Position numbers and translations under genes: made by a program. From assembly GCA_963667015.2 (NCBI GenBank), contig CAXXJJ010000001.1, forward strand, positions 1,920,001 through 1,984,000: a DNA stretch of 64,000 nucleotides. The letters run 5' to 3'. The DNA is from Desulfatiglandales bacterium. GTDB lineage: Bacteria; Desulfobacterota; DSM-4660; Desulfatiglandales; HGW-15. Shown one piece after another: positions 9,935-19,310 of this stretch. Position 1 is the stretch's first letter; each line of letters opens with the position of its first letter. The notes below the pieces were generated by a model. It was not told the DNA's origin. It saw only the letters and a program-made list of their open reading frames with translations, and searched no databases.

Positions 9935-10324
9935 CTAACCGAATAATGTAGTCGTGAAAATAGCCACTATATAAAGGATTTGAAATACAACCCACATTCT
10001 CGCAAGGTAACCATAGATACGTTTTGAACTATTGAAAGCCGAACGCCATAAAGATACAAAAATCCATATGGTATAAACAACAATAAAAAGAATGAAACAG
10101 ATGCCAACAACAAATAAAAAAATATCATGAGCTTCCAAGGAATAACCAACGTTCATGGAGGGTTCCTTTTTTACCGCCCAATAGAATTGTAATGGAAGTA
10201 ATGTGGTTATAAAAACGAAGATAGCTAAGGTATCCAATAAGTGATATATAATAAAATTCCATATCCAGAAAACCTTCCAAAGCTTTTCTTCACCATTCCA
10301 ATTCTTTTTAATAAAATTTATCAT
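9935..10324 (-). CDS. Membrane protein (cassette)
   Basis: W-G---LWKVFW and VSLWRSA motifs, three TM; start moved inside cassette. Confidence 0.7.
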   Translation of the reverse strand: MINFIKKNWNGEEKLWKVFWIWNFIIYHLLDTLAIFVFITTLLPLQFYWAVKKEPSMNVGYSLEAHDIFLFVVGICFILFIVVYTIWIFVSLWRSAFNSSKRIYGYLARMWVVFQILYIVAIFTTTLFG

Positions 10325-10336
10325 TCTCAATTTTAC

Positions 10337-10466
10337 AGTTAACGAAAAGTTAAGCGAGCCCGGCGGTTTAATGCCGACTGGCCTCATGCTCCTAAGATAG
10401 TTGATAATATTGATTCTGCTCGCCCGGCGATACAGTAGCCGGGTCCCCTTGAACGCCAGGTTAAAA
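10337..10466 (-). repeat. attC (family I)
   Basis: agttaac...gttaaaa. Confidence 0.9.
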
Positions 10467-10706
10467 GCCGATTTCGCCTGCTATTTACCGACTATTATAT
10501 TTTGATAACCAGTTCTTATTACGACTTAATTTCCATTTTTATTTTCTATTTAGGAATTATGGCAATTTGCCTTTTATCCTGAATAGGAAATAATTCAGCC
10601 CGGAATTTTATTTTTGATACTGCTATTTGGCCATTTTGCCAGCATTGGCATTCTGGCCAAATACCATAAATGATGACTTCTTATTTGCCCCATTTCAGCT
10701 TTTAAC
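10460..10706 (-). other. Gene-less cassette B1
   Basis: gttaaaagc...gcttttaac; no ORF; homologous to 12595 and 23438. Confidence 0.85.
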
Positions 10707-10828
10707 GGCGAAGTTAAGGAGCCTGGCGTTAATGGTGCCGATGATCGATTAAGTACAAAGGCCATTGAAACTGTTGAATTTCAATCGGCAAGAAAAACTA
10801 GCAAATCACCTTGATTGACAGGTTAGAA
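10700..10828 (-). repeat. attC, apparent family I/II chimera
   Basis: Left arm gttaaggagcctggcg (I), remainder like 4448/21013 (II). Confidence 0.8.
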
Positions 10829-10871
10829 TATTTAAGGGTAACATAGCCTCATAGTGCGAATATTCTAATTC

Positions 10872-11348
10872 CTATTTTTGAAAATATTTAAATAGATTGT
10901 TATCGCAATATTCTGCACTATCAATATATTCAAGGGTTTTTTGATTAAAAACATTAAATATACTTTTTATATTTTCATTTCCCTTAGTATCTTTCCACAA
11001 AATATAATTTAGGTTACATGCCTTGATTTCTTTTAATAAATTATTTTCAATCTTTCCTTGAATAATAAATGAAGGTAAGCCTTGATGAATAAGAAATACT
11101 GAAATATCCATCATCCTTTTCTCGATTGCTAAAATTCCTTTATCATTTAGATCTTCTCTTTTTATTTCCCTTACACAATCATCTATTGATCGAAGTTTTG
11201 CATTATAATTTTTCTCATAATCCAATGTAGTACCATCTACTGGCCAATCCTTTAAATTATACTCTTCAAAGTTTTTTAATTGAGATTTAGCACAACCCCC
11301 ATTAACAGATATGAGTGTTAAGATCATTATTAAAAGATATTTTCTCAT
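10872..11348 (-). CDS. Hypothetical lipoprotein (cassette)
   Basis: MRKYLLIMILTLISVNGGC. Confidence 0.65.
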   Translation of the reverse strand: MRKYLLIMILTLISVNGGCAKSQLKNFEEYNLKDWPVDGTTLDYEKNYNAKLRSIDDCVREIKREDLNDKGILAIEKRMMDISVFLIHQGLPSFIIQGKIENNLLKEIKACNLNYILWKDTKGNENIKSIFNVFNQKTLEYIDSAEYCDNNLFKYFQK

Positions 11349-11357
11349 TTTATCCAA

Positions 11358-11486
11358 TTCTAACGGCACACTAACAGGCAGGCTGGGCTTATGTTTGAAG
11401 CTTATTGCATGGAATAACTTCGATAACTTTTGCGGTGCAATTTGGCAAGAAAAACCAGCCTGTCCTTGTTTAGTGACTTGTTCTGT
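11358..11486 (-). repeat. attC
   Basis: ttctaac...gttctgt. Confidence 0.9.
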
Positions 11487-11504
11487 ATCGTTTTATAATA
11501 AGTT

Positions 11505-11771
11505 TTATCGATGCATCTCTGAATCGATTCGTTCAGATAGAAATATTTTTAACAATGATTGATAAGGCACGTCGCGTTTATTAGCCAGTAATTTTAATTC
11601 TTCAAGTAGGGATTCAGGTAGCCGGATTGAAATAGTTTTAGTAGATGGCTTAAGCCTTGGTAAAGTGACTTCCTCGGCTTCATCCCAATTTATGTATTCT
11701 ACAGAATCATGGTTTTGCCAGAATTTTCGTTCCTGTATTTCAGTTTTAAATTTGGGTATTTTCTTTTTCAT
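11505..11771 (-). CDS. brnA: BrnA/CopG-type antitoxin
   Basis: IPKFKTEIQERKFW...TISIRL...DVPYQSLLK; ATGA overlap with toxin. Confidence 0.85.
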   Translation of the reverse strand: MKKKIPKFKTEIQERKFWQNHDSVEYINWDEAEEVTLPRLKPSTKTISIRLPESLLEELKLLANKRDVPYQSLLKIFLSERIDSEMHR

Positions 11772-12070
11772 CTTTCATACCTTTCTATTTCTGAGTCTGT
11801 CATATCACGTGCAGATATTATTCTTATTTTATTTTCGCGTACTGTAAATACTGCAAAAAGTAAACGATCCATATTAGTTCGTCCAAGCACGTAATATCTA
11901 TTTTCAAAATTTGAATGCTTTTTGTCTCTTTTTACAATTAATGGTTTATTAAAGAAAATTTGTTCGCATTCAACAATCGAGACATCATGTTTGTCCCAAT
12001 TTTTGGTTATATTGCCCTCGTCCCATTCAAAACCAGAGCAACTTTCTAATGTTTTTTTAGGTTTTACCAT
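11768..12070 (-). CDS. brnT: BrnT family ribonuclease toxin
   Basis: GFEWDEGN..KNWDKH...IRIISARDM. Confidence 0.92.
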   Translation of the reverse strand: MVKPKKTLESCSGFEWDEGNITKNWDKHDVSIVECEQIFFNKPLIVKRDKKHSNFENRYYVLGRTNMDRLLFAVFTVRENKIRIISARDMTDSEIERYER

Positions 12071-12076
12071 AAGTTG

Positions 12077-12107
12077 ATGTATATCATGATTATATACTTT
12101 ATGTCAA
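12077..12107 (-). promoter_or_regulatory. Putative brnTA promoter/operator
   Basis: TTGACA, weak -10, imperfect palindrome gtatatcatgattatatac. Confidence 0.5.
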
Positions 12108-12117
12108 TTCTGCTTTT

Positions 12118-12251
12118 ACAGAACAAAAAGCATTACAGGCCGTGCGGTGCAAACCAACTTGCAATATTAAATGCAGGAAAGTTCATGGCTGGCAGATAGT
12201 TTAAAAAAGGCGAAAAAAATAGCACGGTCCTTGTAGATGCAATGGTTGGCT
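12118..12251 (-). repeat. attC (family III)
   Basis: acagaac...gttggct. Confidence 0.9.
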
Positions 12252-12520
12252 GCCGCCAACCTGTTTAGTTTGTTTTTGACTGCTTACTTTCAATTACTGA
12301 TTTTTAATGATTTGATGCTTTTTGAATACTATGTTTTTTGATTCTTCTTTTTATATTGTTCTGGATAATTTTTCAAAGAATTTCCGGGGAATGGATTCCC
12401 TTTGTCTTTTGTTACCTTTTTATTTCCAGATCAATTCTCGCGCCCTTGAGTTACATGTAATTGCAACTTCATTTCCGTTTCCAGTGAAATTCCCTTTGCT
12501 CTATTCTATTGACAGCCAAC
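12245..12520 (-). other. Gene-less cassette A2
   Basis: Homologous to A1 with indels. Confidence 0.85.
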
Positions 12521-12601
12521 GGCCAGCTCACAAGCCACGCCGAGATGCACAGCAAAAATTGAAAGAAGCCCCTCGTGGTCTTGTGAAGCGACAGGTTAAA
12601 A
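12514..12601 (-). repeat. attC (family VI)
   Basis: agccaac...gttaaaa; near-identical to 23357. Confidence 0.9.
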
Positions 12602-12840
12602 GCCGATTTTGCCCGCTATTTACCGACCTTGTATTTTTGATAACCAGTTATTATTACAACAATATTTTGATTCTTATTTTCTATTTACAACTTTTGGCAA
12701 GATTGCCAATTTTTGTAAATAGACATCAATTCAGCCCGGAATTTTATTTTTGATACTGCCATTTGGGGATTCAGGAAATATTTCCTATTTCCCCAAATAC
12801 CTTAAATTACCTTCTTTATTATGTCCTTTAAGCTTTTAAC
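12595..12840 (-). other. Gene-less cassette B2
   Basis: Near-identical to B3. Confidence 0.85.
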
Positions 12841-12919
12841 GTTTTGCTCACCAGCCCCGCCGTGATTTATCATATCAAGCAAGGAACCCTCCGGGGTCTG
12901 GTGTAGCAGTTTGTTAAAT
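12834..12919 (-). repeat. attC (family V)
   Basis: ttttaac...gttaaat. Confidence 0.9.
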
Positions 12920-12922
12920 GAT

Positions 12923-13894
12923 TTATCTTATTTGTTTTTTATCAATATATGTTTCTAAAATAAACATTCCGAATGTAATCATACTGTTTACTAACAGCCT
13001 TACATGTCTTTCTGAAAGCTTATATTTTCTTATACCGTGTCCATGTGCCGCGCTGTACCCAGTACGCAAGGCACCAACACCTAAAATTACATTTTGAATT
13101 CCACCTAAAATTCGTTTTATTTCTGAATCAGAGTGATGGCTTGGATTGAAGCCGACAATTTCAACAACGTTGGAAAGAAGAACCGATATATTTTGCTTTT
13201 TGGGTAGCGGGTTACCTTCTAACTCTATAATTGCTTTACAAATACTCTCTAGAGTTGAGGATGAGCTGGTAACAGCTTGTTCAGGATCTTTTTCGATATT
13301 GTGAAGAGCCCGGTTGAAATCTTCCAGAACTGAACTTAAATTGTTTTGATTTATTAACTCAATGACCAACTTTACTGACAAAAGCCCTTTGTTTTCTGAG
13401 TAAAGTCCAAGTTCTTTACCTATTAGAAGGATGGTTTTGGAATCCATACTTTTTAAAAGATCTTGTACATAGACCCTTTTGCTTGGAACCATTGAAACAT
13501 TTTCAGTTTTAACATTAAAGCCCGAAAGAAAAGTATTGATTTCAGTCGTAACCATGCAGCTTTGAAGATGATAGGCAATTTTGTTTACTAATTCGATTCG
13601 TTGTAAATTTGATAAAGGTTCTGGTTTTTCAGGTGGTGATTGCTGTTCTTCTGATAAAATTTCGATTAAAAAATCAAACTGACCGGAAATATTTTGGATT
13701 CTGGAAAGTGATTGTTGAATATGATCAGCGAGTTTCTGATGGGAATTTTTTCTCAAATGCCAATCAAGTCTTTCAAGAATTGAATCAAATTGCGAGCTAA
13801 CTATTTTTTGGTATCCGGGATCTTCAAAATACCAGTTGAGGTCTAAGTTAATAGACTGTAGTTCATCTATGTATTTTTGAAATGAGGGGTTCAT
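12923..13894 (-). CDS. Abortive-infection family protein (Abi_C/HEPN-like C-terminus; cassette)
   Basis: DPEQAVTSSSSTLESICK...LRTGYSAAHG...ERHVRLLVN. Confidence 0.8.
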   Translation of the reverse strand: MNPSFQKYIDELQSINLDLNWYFEDPGYQKIVSSQFDSILERLDWHLRKNSHQKLADHIQQSLSRIQNISGQFDFLIEILSEEQQSPPEKPEPLSNLQRIELVNKIAYHLQSCMVTTEINTFLSGFNVKTENVSMVPSKRVYVQDLLKSMDSKTILLIGKELGLYSENKGLLSVKLVIELINQNNLSSVLEDFNRALHNIEKDPEQAVTSSSSTLESICKAIIELEGNPLPKKQNISVLLSNVVEIVGFNPSHHSDSEIKRILGGIQNVILGVGALRTGYSAAHGHGIRKYKLSERHVRLLVNSMITFGMFILETYIDKKQIR

Positions 13895-13908
13895 ATTTAC
13901 TTTCTTAC

Positions 13909-14040
13909 ATTTAACGCCAGGTATTACAAGCCGGGCGGATTAATTTTACAAATATTTACCAACAGCAATAATTACTTAATTGCTCGCAAGCTCGATCTAG
14001 CAAGATGGTAGCCCGGTCTTAGTAGATACCCTTGTTGGCT
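13909..14040 (-). repeat. attC (family IV)
   Basis: atttaac...gttggct. Confidence 0.9.
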
Positions 14041-14122
14041 GCCGCCAACCTGTTTAGTTTGTTTTGACCACTTACTTTCAATTACTAATTTTTAAAAATT
14101 AATGCCATGTTGGCTAAAAATA

Positions 14123-14788
14123 TTAACTTTCCTCTATATTGTCTCGCAACATTTCTAGTGTTTTCCATGATTTGTTGGGACTCTGTTTTTTGGGGCTTAC
14201 ACGAACTTTAATTTTTCCTCTCTCAACTGAAAAATTTATCACCTCTGCAGCCTTTTCGTTTAATTGAATCAATACATCTGAAAAATCTAAATTAGAATAT
14301 GTTGACACTATTTTGGCAATAACAGTTTCGCTCGATCCTGAACTCAGATTTTGTACTTCAATCTCGTCACCAACTTGAAAATTTCGTCCATATATATTTG
14401 CTGTGTTGAGAAATGCACTTTTTTCATTGCTTTTGCTTTTTATATTAATATGAGCATAGCAATCATATTTTCTATTTTGAACCTCAGTCATAATTCTGTC
14501 GCCCTGTTCGGTCCAACAGCATAAAGCCTCTTTAATTTTTTCCAATTTTTCTATGCGTTTTTGTAAACTAACAATAGTATTTTCAGTCTCATTTTTCAAA
14601 TTTGTAATTGCAATTACTTTTTCAACTTTTTGCCATTCTGGTCCATGATGTTTTGCAATTGTACTTTCAATACTATCTATTTTATCAGCAAAATCTTTAA
14701 ATGTATAACCTATCACTGCAATGCCTAGAGTTACTATTGCACCAATGATAATTTCAAAATACTTAGATTTTTTATTGTTTCCATTCAT
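14123..14788 (-). CDS. Membrane-anchored protein, C-terminal RlpA/DPBB-like region (cassette)
   Basis: N-terminal TM, coiled coil, GDEIEVQNLSSG...LIQLNEKAAEVINF. Confidence 0.55.
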   Translation of the reverse strand: MNGNNKKSKYFEIIIGAIVTLGIAVIGYTFKDFADKIDSIESTIAKHHGPEWQKVEKVIAITNLKNETENTIVSLQKRIEKLEKIKEALCCWTEQGDRIMTEVQNRKYDCYAHINIKSKSNEKSAFLNTANIYGRNFQVGDEIEVQNLSSGSSETVIAKIVSTYSNLDFSDVLIQLNEKAAEVINFSVERGKIKVRVSPKKQSPNKSWKTLEMLRDNIEES

Positions 14789-14871
14789 TTTTCTCCCTCC
14801 TACTATATTTTTGTTGAATATAAGTAAGCTTCATTTTAAAAAACAATTTTAAATCTATGCATTATTCTCTT

Positions 14872-14936
14872 AGCCAACCGCTGCATAAGCGGCTTGGCGG
14901 GTTTTTCGCCAAGTCGGCTTGATGCAAATGTTAGCT
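14872..14936 (-). repeat. attC (family VII)
   Basis: agccaac...gttagct; near-copy at 16312. Confidence 0.9.
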
Positions 14937-14942
14937 CCAGTT

Positions 14943-15884
14943 TTAGAAAATCAGTTTTTTATTAAGAGAATAATCAAAATAATTACCCTGTTTAATTATC
15001 CATAGTTCATTAATTCGTCCAATAGTATCGTCTAAATCTCTATCAATATTTTTAAACCTATTTTCCATCTTTTTTAAATTTAAAAAACTTTGCCATTTTT
15101 CAGAAGCATCTTCTATTAAACGAAAAGGTCTTCTATCGAGCCCTATCACGCTTATTGATGTGTCAAGATCGAATGCCATATTTGATATTATAACGAATGC
15201 CAATGATCTCTTTATTGTATTCGACAATAGCTGTTTTGCAGCCTCATATGCTTTAAAAAGAAAAAAATTGTATCCATCATATATGTTACAGCATCCAGCT
15301 AAAGGCTTACCGGACTCGATGCTTTGTACAACATTCCCAAAGCTAACATCTTCCTGGCCTACAAACTTCACCTCGATCGCACAAGGAACGTTATCAGGTG
15401 AAATTGCATCAATATCAAAATGCCCCCCCAAGGCTTCTAATGTATCTATCTTCCATCCTTGCGCATCTATCCATGTTGCACAAATAAGTTCAGTGAGTTT
15501 ACCTTGGAAAATACGGGCCTTTTTATGACGCTCAATCACTTCCTGCTCAAACATCCACTTTTCAACCAAATCCTTTTTATATTGCTTATCCAAATTGATT
15601 TTTGGATCAGACCCGTCGAAAAGAAAATGATGAATTGGAGTCGTAATTTTGTTTAACACCCCATTACTAAAAGCTGTTAATAGGATTGATTGGTGCCTTG
15701 CCATATCAGGTTGAGCTGAATATTTCTTTCGGAAATCTTTCCAAATTTTATCAGGAACAAAAATTTGATTCAAAACGGGACATCGCTTTCGCAAATCGGC
15801 AAACTCATCCAAGAGAGCATCTCGTTTTGGAATGCGTTTTGAAAGACATGGGCATTGAGTATTATTATCCATATTTATCATCAC
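14943..15884 (-). CDS. PD-(D/E)XK nuclease-like protein (cassette)
   Basis: GKLTEL...HFDIDA...AIEVKF. Confidence 0.6.
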   Translation of the reverse strand: MMINMDNNTQCPCLSKRIPKRDALLDEFADLRKRCPVLNQIFVPDKIWKDFRKKYSAQPDMARHQSILLTAFSNGVLNKITTPIHHFLFDGSDPKINLDKQYKKDLVEKWMFEQEVIERHKKARIFQGKLTELICATWIDAQGWKIDTLEALGGHFDIDAISPDNVPCAIEVKFVGQEDVSFGNVVQSIESGKPLAGCCNIYDGYNFFLFKAYEAAKQLLSNTIKRSLAFVIISNMAFDLDTSISVIGLDRRPFRLIEDASEKWQSFLNLKKMENRFKNIDRDLDDTIGRINELWIIKQGNYFDYSLNKKLIF

Positions 15885-15891
15885 TTCCGAG

Positions 15892-16026
15892 AGCTAACGT
15901 GAAGCATTACAGGCCGTGCGGTGCAAACCAACTTACCATGTTAAAGGTGCGAAAATTCCGAGTTGGCAGATAGTTTAAAAAAAGGCGAAAAAAATAGCAC
16001 GGTCCTTGTAGATGCAATGGTTGGCT
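15892..16026 (-). repeat. attC (family III)
   Basis: agctaac...gttggct. Confidence 0.9.
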
Positions 16027-16318
16027 GCCGCCAACCTGTTTAGTTTGTTTTTGACTGCTTACTTTCAATTACTGATTTTTAAAGATTTGATGCTTTTTGA
16101 AAACTATGTTTTTGAATGATTCTTTTTACTATATTCCACCAAAGGCGGACAAGTATTTTAAATTTAATTTTCAAAAGAATTTCCGGGGAATGGATTTCCT
16201 TTGTTTTGTTACCTTTTTATTTTCAGATCAATTCTCGCGCCCTTGAGTTACTTGTTATTGGTGACTTCATTTCCGCATCCAATGAAATTCCTTTTTCTCT
16301 ATTCTATTGACAGCCAAC
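16020..16318 (-). other. Gene-less cassette A3
   Basis: Homologous to A1/A2, slightly longer centre. Confidence 0.85.
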
Positions 16319-16377
16319 GCCTTGCATAAGCGGCTTGGCAGGTTTTTTGCCAAGTCGGCTTGATGCAAATGTTATGC
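16312..16377 (-). repeat. attC (family VII)
   Basis: agccaac...gttatgc. Confidence 0.9.
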
Positions 16378-16863
16378 ATTATTTGTTGAAAGTTGAGACT
16401 TTAAACTCTCAATTGTTTCGCCATCTTGAATAGGATCTTCTATTAAACAATATTTACAAACTTTCTTTCTATATATATCAAGTTTTATATGGATATCCTG
16501 TTCTTCCGAGAAAGCACTTTTAGATATTAATGAAAGATATTTTGATGCGCCATATATGCTTTCTTTATTAGGTAAACCAAACCAATTATGTATGTTTTTA
16601 TAAAACGGAACCAAATGTTGTTTTGCTAATAATTTTGCTCCTAGTGACTCAAGGTTTTTACATGCTTGTATAGCTTCTTCTTTTTGAACAATTCTTGAGT
16701 TTTGTATTACAGTATAATCATTTGAAAAATGATAAATAATTCCTGATATAACTTCTTTTAATTGCTGAATTGGTTCAATAGCCCATTTTAAAATGATTTG
16801 ACCAAAAACAAAAACCGTAACACCTGCTGTAATTGTCGAGAAAAGTGTCATTTTATTCCTCAT
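16372..16863 (-). CDS. Hypothetical membrane-anchored protein (cassette)
   Basis: TIxAGVxVFVFGQIILKWAIEPIQ N-terminus; stop lies in R''. Confidence 0.7.
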   Translation of the reverse strand: MRNKMTLFSTITAGVTVFVFGQIILKWAIEPIQQLKEVISGIIYHFSNDYTVIQNSRIVQKEEAIQACKNLESLGAKLLAKQHLVPFYKNIHNWFGLPNKESIYGASKYLSLISKSAFSEEQDIHIKLDIYRKKVCKYCLIEDPIQDGETIESLKSQLSTNNA

Positions 16864-16877
16864 TTTTATTTTTGTGC

Positions 16878-19182
16878 ACCGGGTAGGGCAAGGGCTTCTC
16901 AGCCCCTTTCCCCCCTAAGAAACGTACGTGATAGTTTCCCATCATACGGCTCAAGCATTTCACAAGGACGATCTTCTGGAACGCCCCGACTACGTTTCCC
17001 ACTAATTAGCGTATAAAATCGCACGATTGGCTTTTGCCGTCAAGGCTGGTAATAATCGCTTCTCCTTATCATGCCTGCGTTGCCAAAAGTAACCGGCGTA
17101 CTTCTTAAGGTAAGGATTAGCGTCTGCCTTGATTTTAATATGCCTTTTAATGCCCAAATGGCCTAAGCGTAAAACGCTGTAGACTTTCTTCCCCAGCGTA
17201 GTTTTACCTACTGCGGAAAATACCCATTTTTTACCATCTACCATCCAGTACTTCTTAACAAGCCATTTCTTTGACTTTCTTGGATGGCGTTTTCTGAGCA
17301 TTCTCCATAACTGGTCATAGACATAACCGTCAATACGATAAAATGATGCTCCGGCTACTACATGACGATGGTAGTTGCCCCAACCTCGAAGTACAGAGTT
17401 CAGTTCCTTTATCATGGCAGGCATTGGTGCACTGACGTATTTGCGGATTATTCCGCCGAGGCGTTGTATCAATGATTCTACGCCCTCTTTTGAAGGCCTT
17501 ATGTGCAATGTCTTGCCGTGTTTCCGGAATGTTTGTCCCAGAAACATAAAACTGTCCCGGATATGTGTGATGGCAGTCTTTTGCTCAGAGAGATTTAATC
17601 CTCTTTCTCTTAAGAATTCTACGACCGCCGGCTTTACCTGTTTTTCTAAAAGCCTTCTGGATTTCCCTGTGATGATAAAATCATCCGCATAACGAATAAA
17701 ATTTACTCTGGATCTACGCGGGACTGATTTATGTACAGCTTCTTCCAGTCCGTCCAGAACCATATTCATTAACGTAGGGCTTATAATACCTCCCTGTGGT
17801 GTTCCTCTTCGGGTTGGATATCTTATCCCTTTTTCCACAAATCCTGCCTTCAACCACTTGGCCAGTATTTCTTTATCCATTGGGATGTTTGCCAGCATCC
17901 ACTCATGCGATATGTTGTCAAAACATCCTTCAATGTCGGCTTCAAGCACCCACGTTGCGGAGTTTGGCTTGTTTAAGGCATTGAATGCCGCTCCTACTGC
18001 ATCGGCACAGCTCCGCCCCTCTCTAAATCCATATGAGTTGCGGTCAGCTAATGTTTCTGCTATAGGAGCTAAAGCAAGTTTGTACAATGCCTGCATTGCC
18101 CTGTCATACATTGTAGGTATACTTAAAGGACGTTTCTTTTTACTTCTCTTTTTAGAAATATACGTCCTTCTAAGCGGTTGAGGTCTGTAACCTCTTTTGT
18201 GCAGGCTGTTAGCAGCCTGCCATTTGGTTTTGGCGCCTTTCCATAAGATGCCGTCAATGCCGGGTGTTTTCTTACCCTTATTAGTAGTCACTCTTTTTAC
18301 TGCCAGAAGCTTGGCAGCTCTTGAGCGTGTGAGCAGATATTGTAATGATTTAACCTTATTCCATCTGCCTTCCTGCGTAGCCTTTGCGATACGCATCTGC
18401 AGCCGTCTAACCTTTTTCCGCTCTGCTGTCCAGTCCACGCTGTTCCAGCATGCGGAGTCTGACTTCTTATCTTGGCTTTTGAGTGCACCAGCCGAAGCTG
18501 TCTTTTGCTTTCTCATCTACAACGGTTCTCCAGATTATCTCGCAAGGAAACACCAGTCGGATGTCTGCCCCCATTTCGGTATTCCTTTGACTCCTTCTAC
18601 CTTTTAGGACTGCCATGTTTCATGCAGTATCCTTCCCGCTACAGGAAGGCATTTGCTTGTTCCGACCTCTCATTGCCGACCCTCCATGGGCTTGCCTTAT
18701 ACGGTTAGCTTGCCATGCATTGCGTGACATGGCGGACTGCCGGCTTTTCCACGTTCCGCATAATCACCTTAAATGAATAACTTAGGTGGTACCTGTACGC
18801 CGATGGCTTGTGTTCCCGCATGGGCACGTTAGAAACCCATGACCACACCACATCTATCCGCCCAGAGGGATAGATCTTCGACCTTTATCCTGAAGTCAGG
18901 AAGTTAGCTCTCGTAGGTCTAGACTTTTATGACGACGCTTAAGGTCTTTGATTAATCTCACCATATTATCCAGCCCTCGCCCTTAACCCGGTAGAGCTCC
19001 GGGATGGGTTCGCCTGTCACCATTTGAACCCGTTTCGGTACTTTGTCCACGGGGCTTCACACTCTGTCATACGCGCAACAGCAGCATGCCCGTGTAGGGG
19101 ACTGGAGGGGACGCTCCAGGTGTTGCCATGTATGGTGTAACCTCATGGTCAACACATATGATTATGCGACATCGTGTCGCAA
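16878..19182 (-). mobile_element. Group II intron, IIB/chloroplast-like class, inserted in attC R' box
   Basis: 5' TTGCG; domain V GAGCCGTATGATGGGAAACTATCACGTACGTTTC; domain VI ending CCCTACCCGGT; removal restores GTTAT|GC, complementary to the cassette's R''. Confidence 0.92.
17002..18516 (-). CDS. ltrA: Group II intron reverse transcriptase/maturase, no HNH domain
   Basis: RVT_N (WNSVDW..VRRLQMRIAKA), TPGIDG, GTPQGGIISP, RYADD, domain X; ends before any En domain. Confidence 0.97.
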   Translation of the reverse strand: MRKQKTASAGALKSQDKKSDSACWNSVDWTAERKKVRRLQMRIAKATQEGRWNKVKSLQYLLTRSRAAKLLAVKRVTTNKGKKTPGIDGILWKGAKTKWQAANSLHKRGYRPQPLRRTYISKKRSKKKRPLSIPTMYDRAMQALYKLALAPIAETLADRNSYGFREGRSCADAVGAAFNALNKPNSATWVLEADIEGCFDNISHEWMLANIPMDKEILAKWLKAGFVEKGIRYPTRRGTPQGGIISPTLMNMVLDGLEEAVHKSVPRRSRVNFIRYADDFIITGKSRRLLEKQVKPAVVEFLRERGLNLSEQKTAITHIRDSFMFLGQTFRKHGKTLHIRPSKEGVESLIQRLGGIIRKYVSAPMPAMIKELNSVLRGWGNYHRHVVAGASFYRIDGYVYDQLWRMLRKRHPRKSKKWLVKKYWMVDGKKWVFSAVGKTTLGKKVYSVLRLGHLGIKRHIKIKADANPYLKKYAGYFWQRRHDKEKRLLPALTAKANRAILYAN

Positions 19183-19310
19183 ATAACGCTGAGTTAAGGT
19201 GCCTGGCGTTTTTATGGCACCTAGCCACATACTCTTAAGATAGTTGATAATATTGACACAGCTCCGCTCGGCGATATAGTAGCCAGGTCACCTTGAACGT
19301 GATGTTATAA
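19183..19310 (-). repeat. attC (family I), R' split by intron
   Basis: ataac...gttataa. Confidence 0.9.

Noticed and set aside
12322..12753. 143-aa plus-strand ORF (also 16116 and 23402)
   Set aside because: Crosses attC and cassette boundaries; frame not conserved among A/B copies
16878..19182. Standard IIC-attC intron
   Set aside because: AGC triad, 34-nt domain V, RVT_N-type RT and sense orientation do not fit class C
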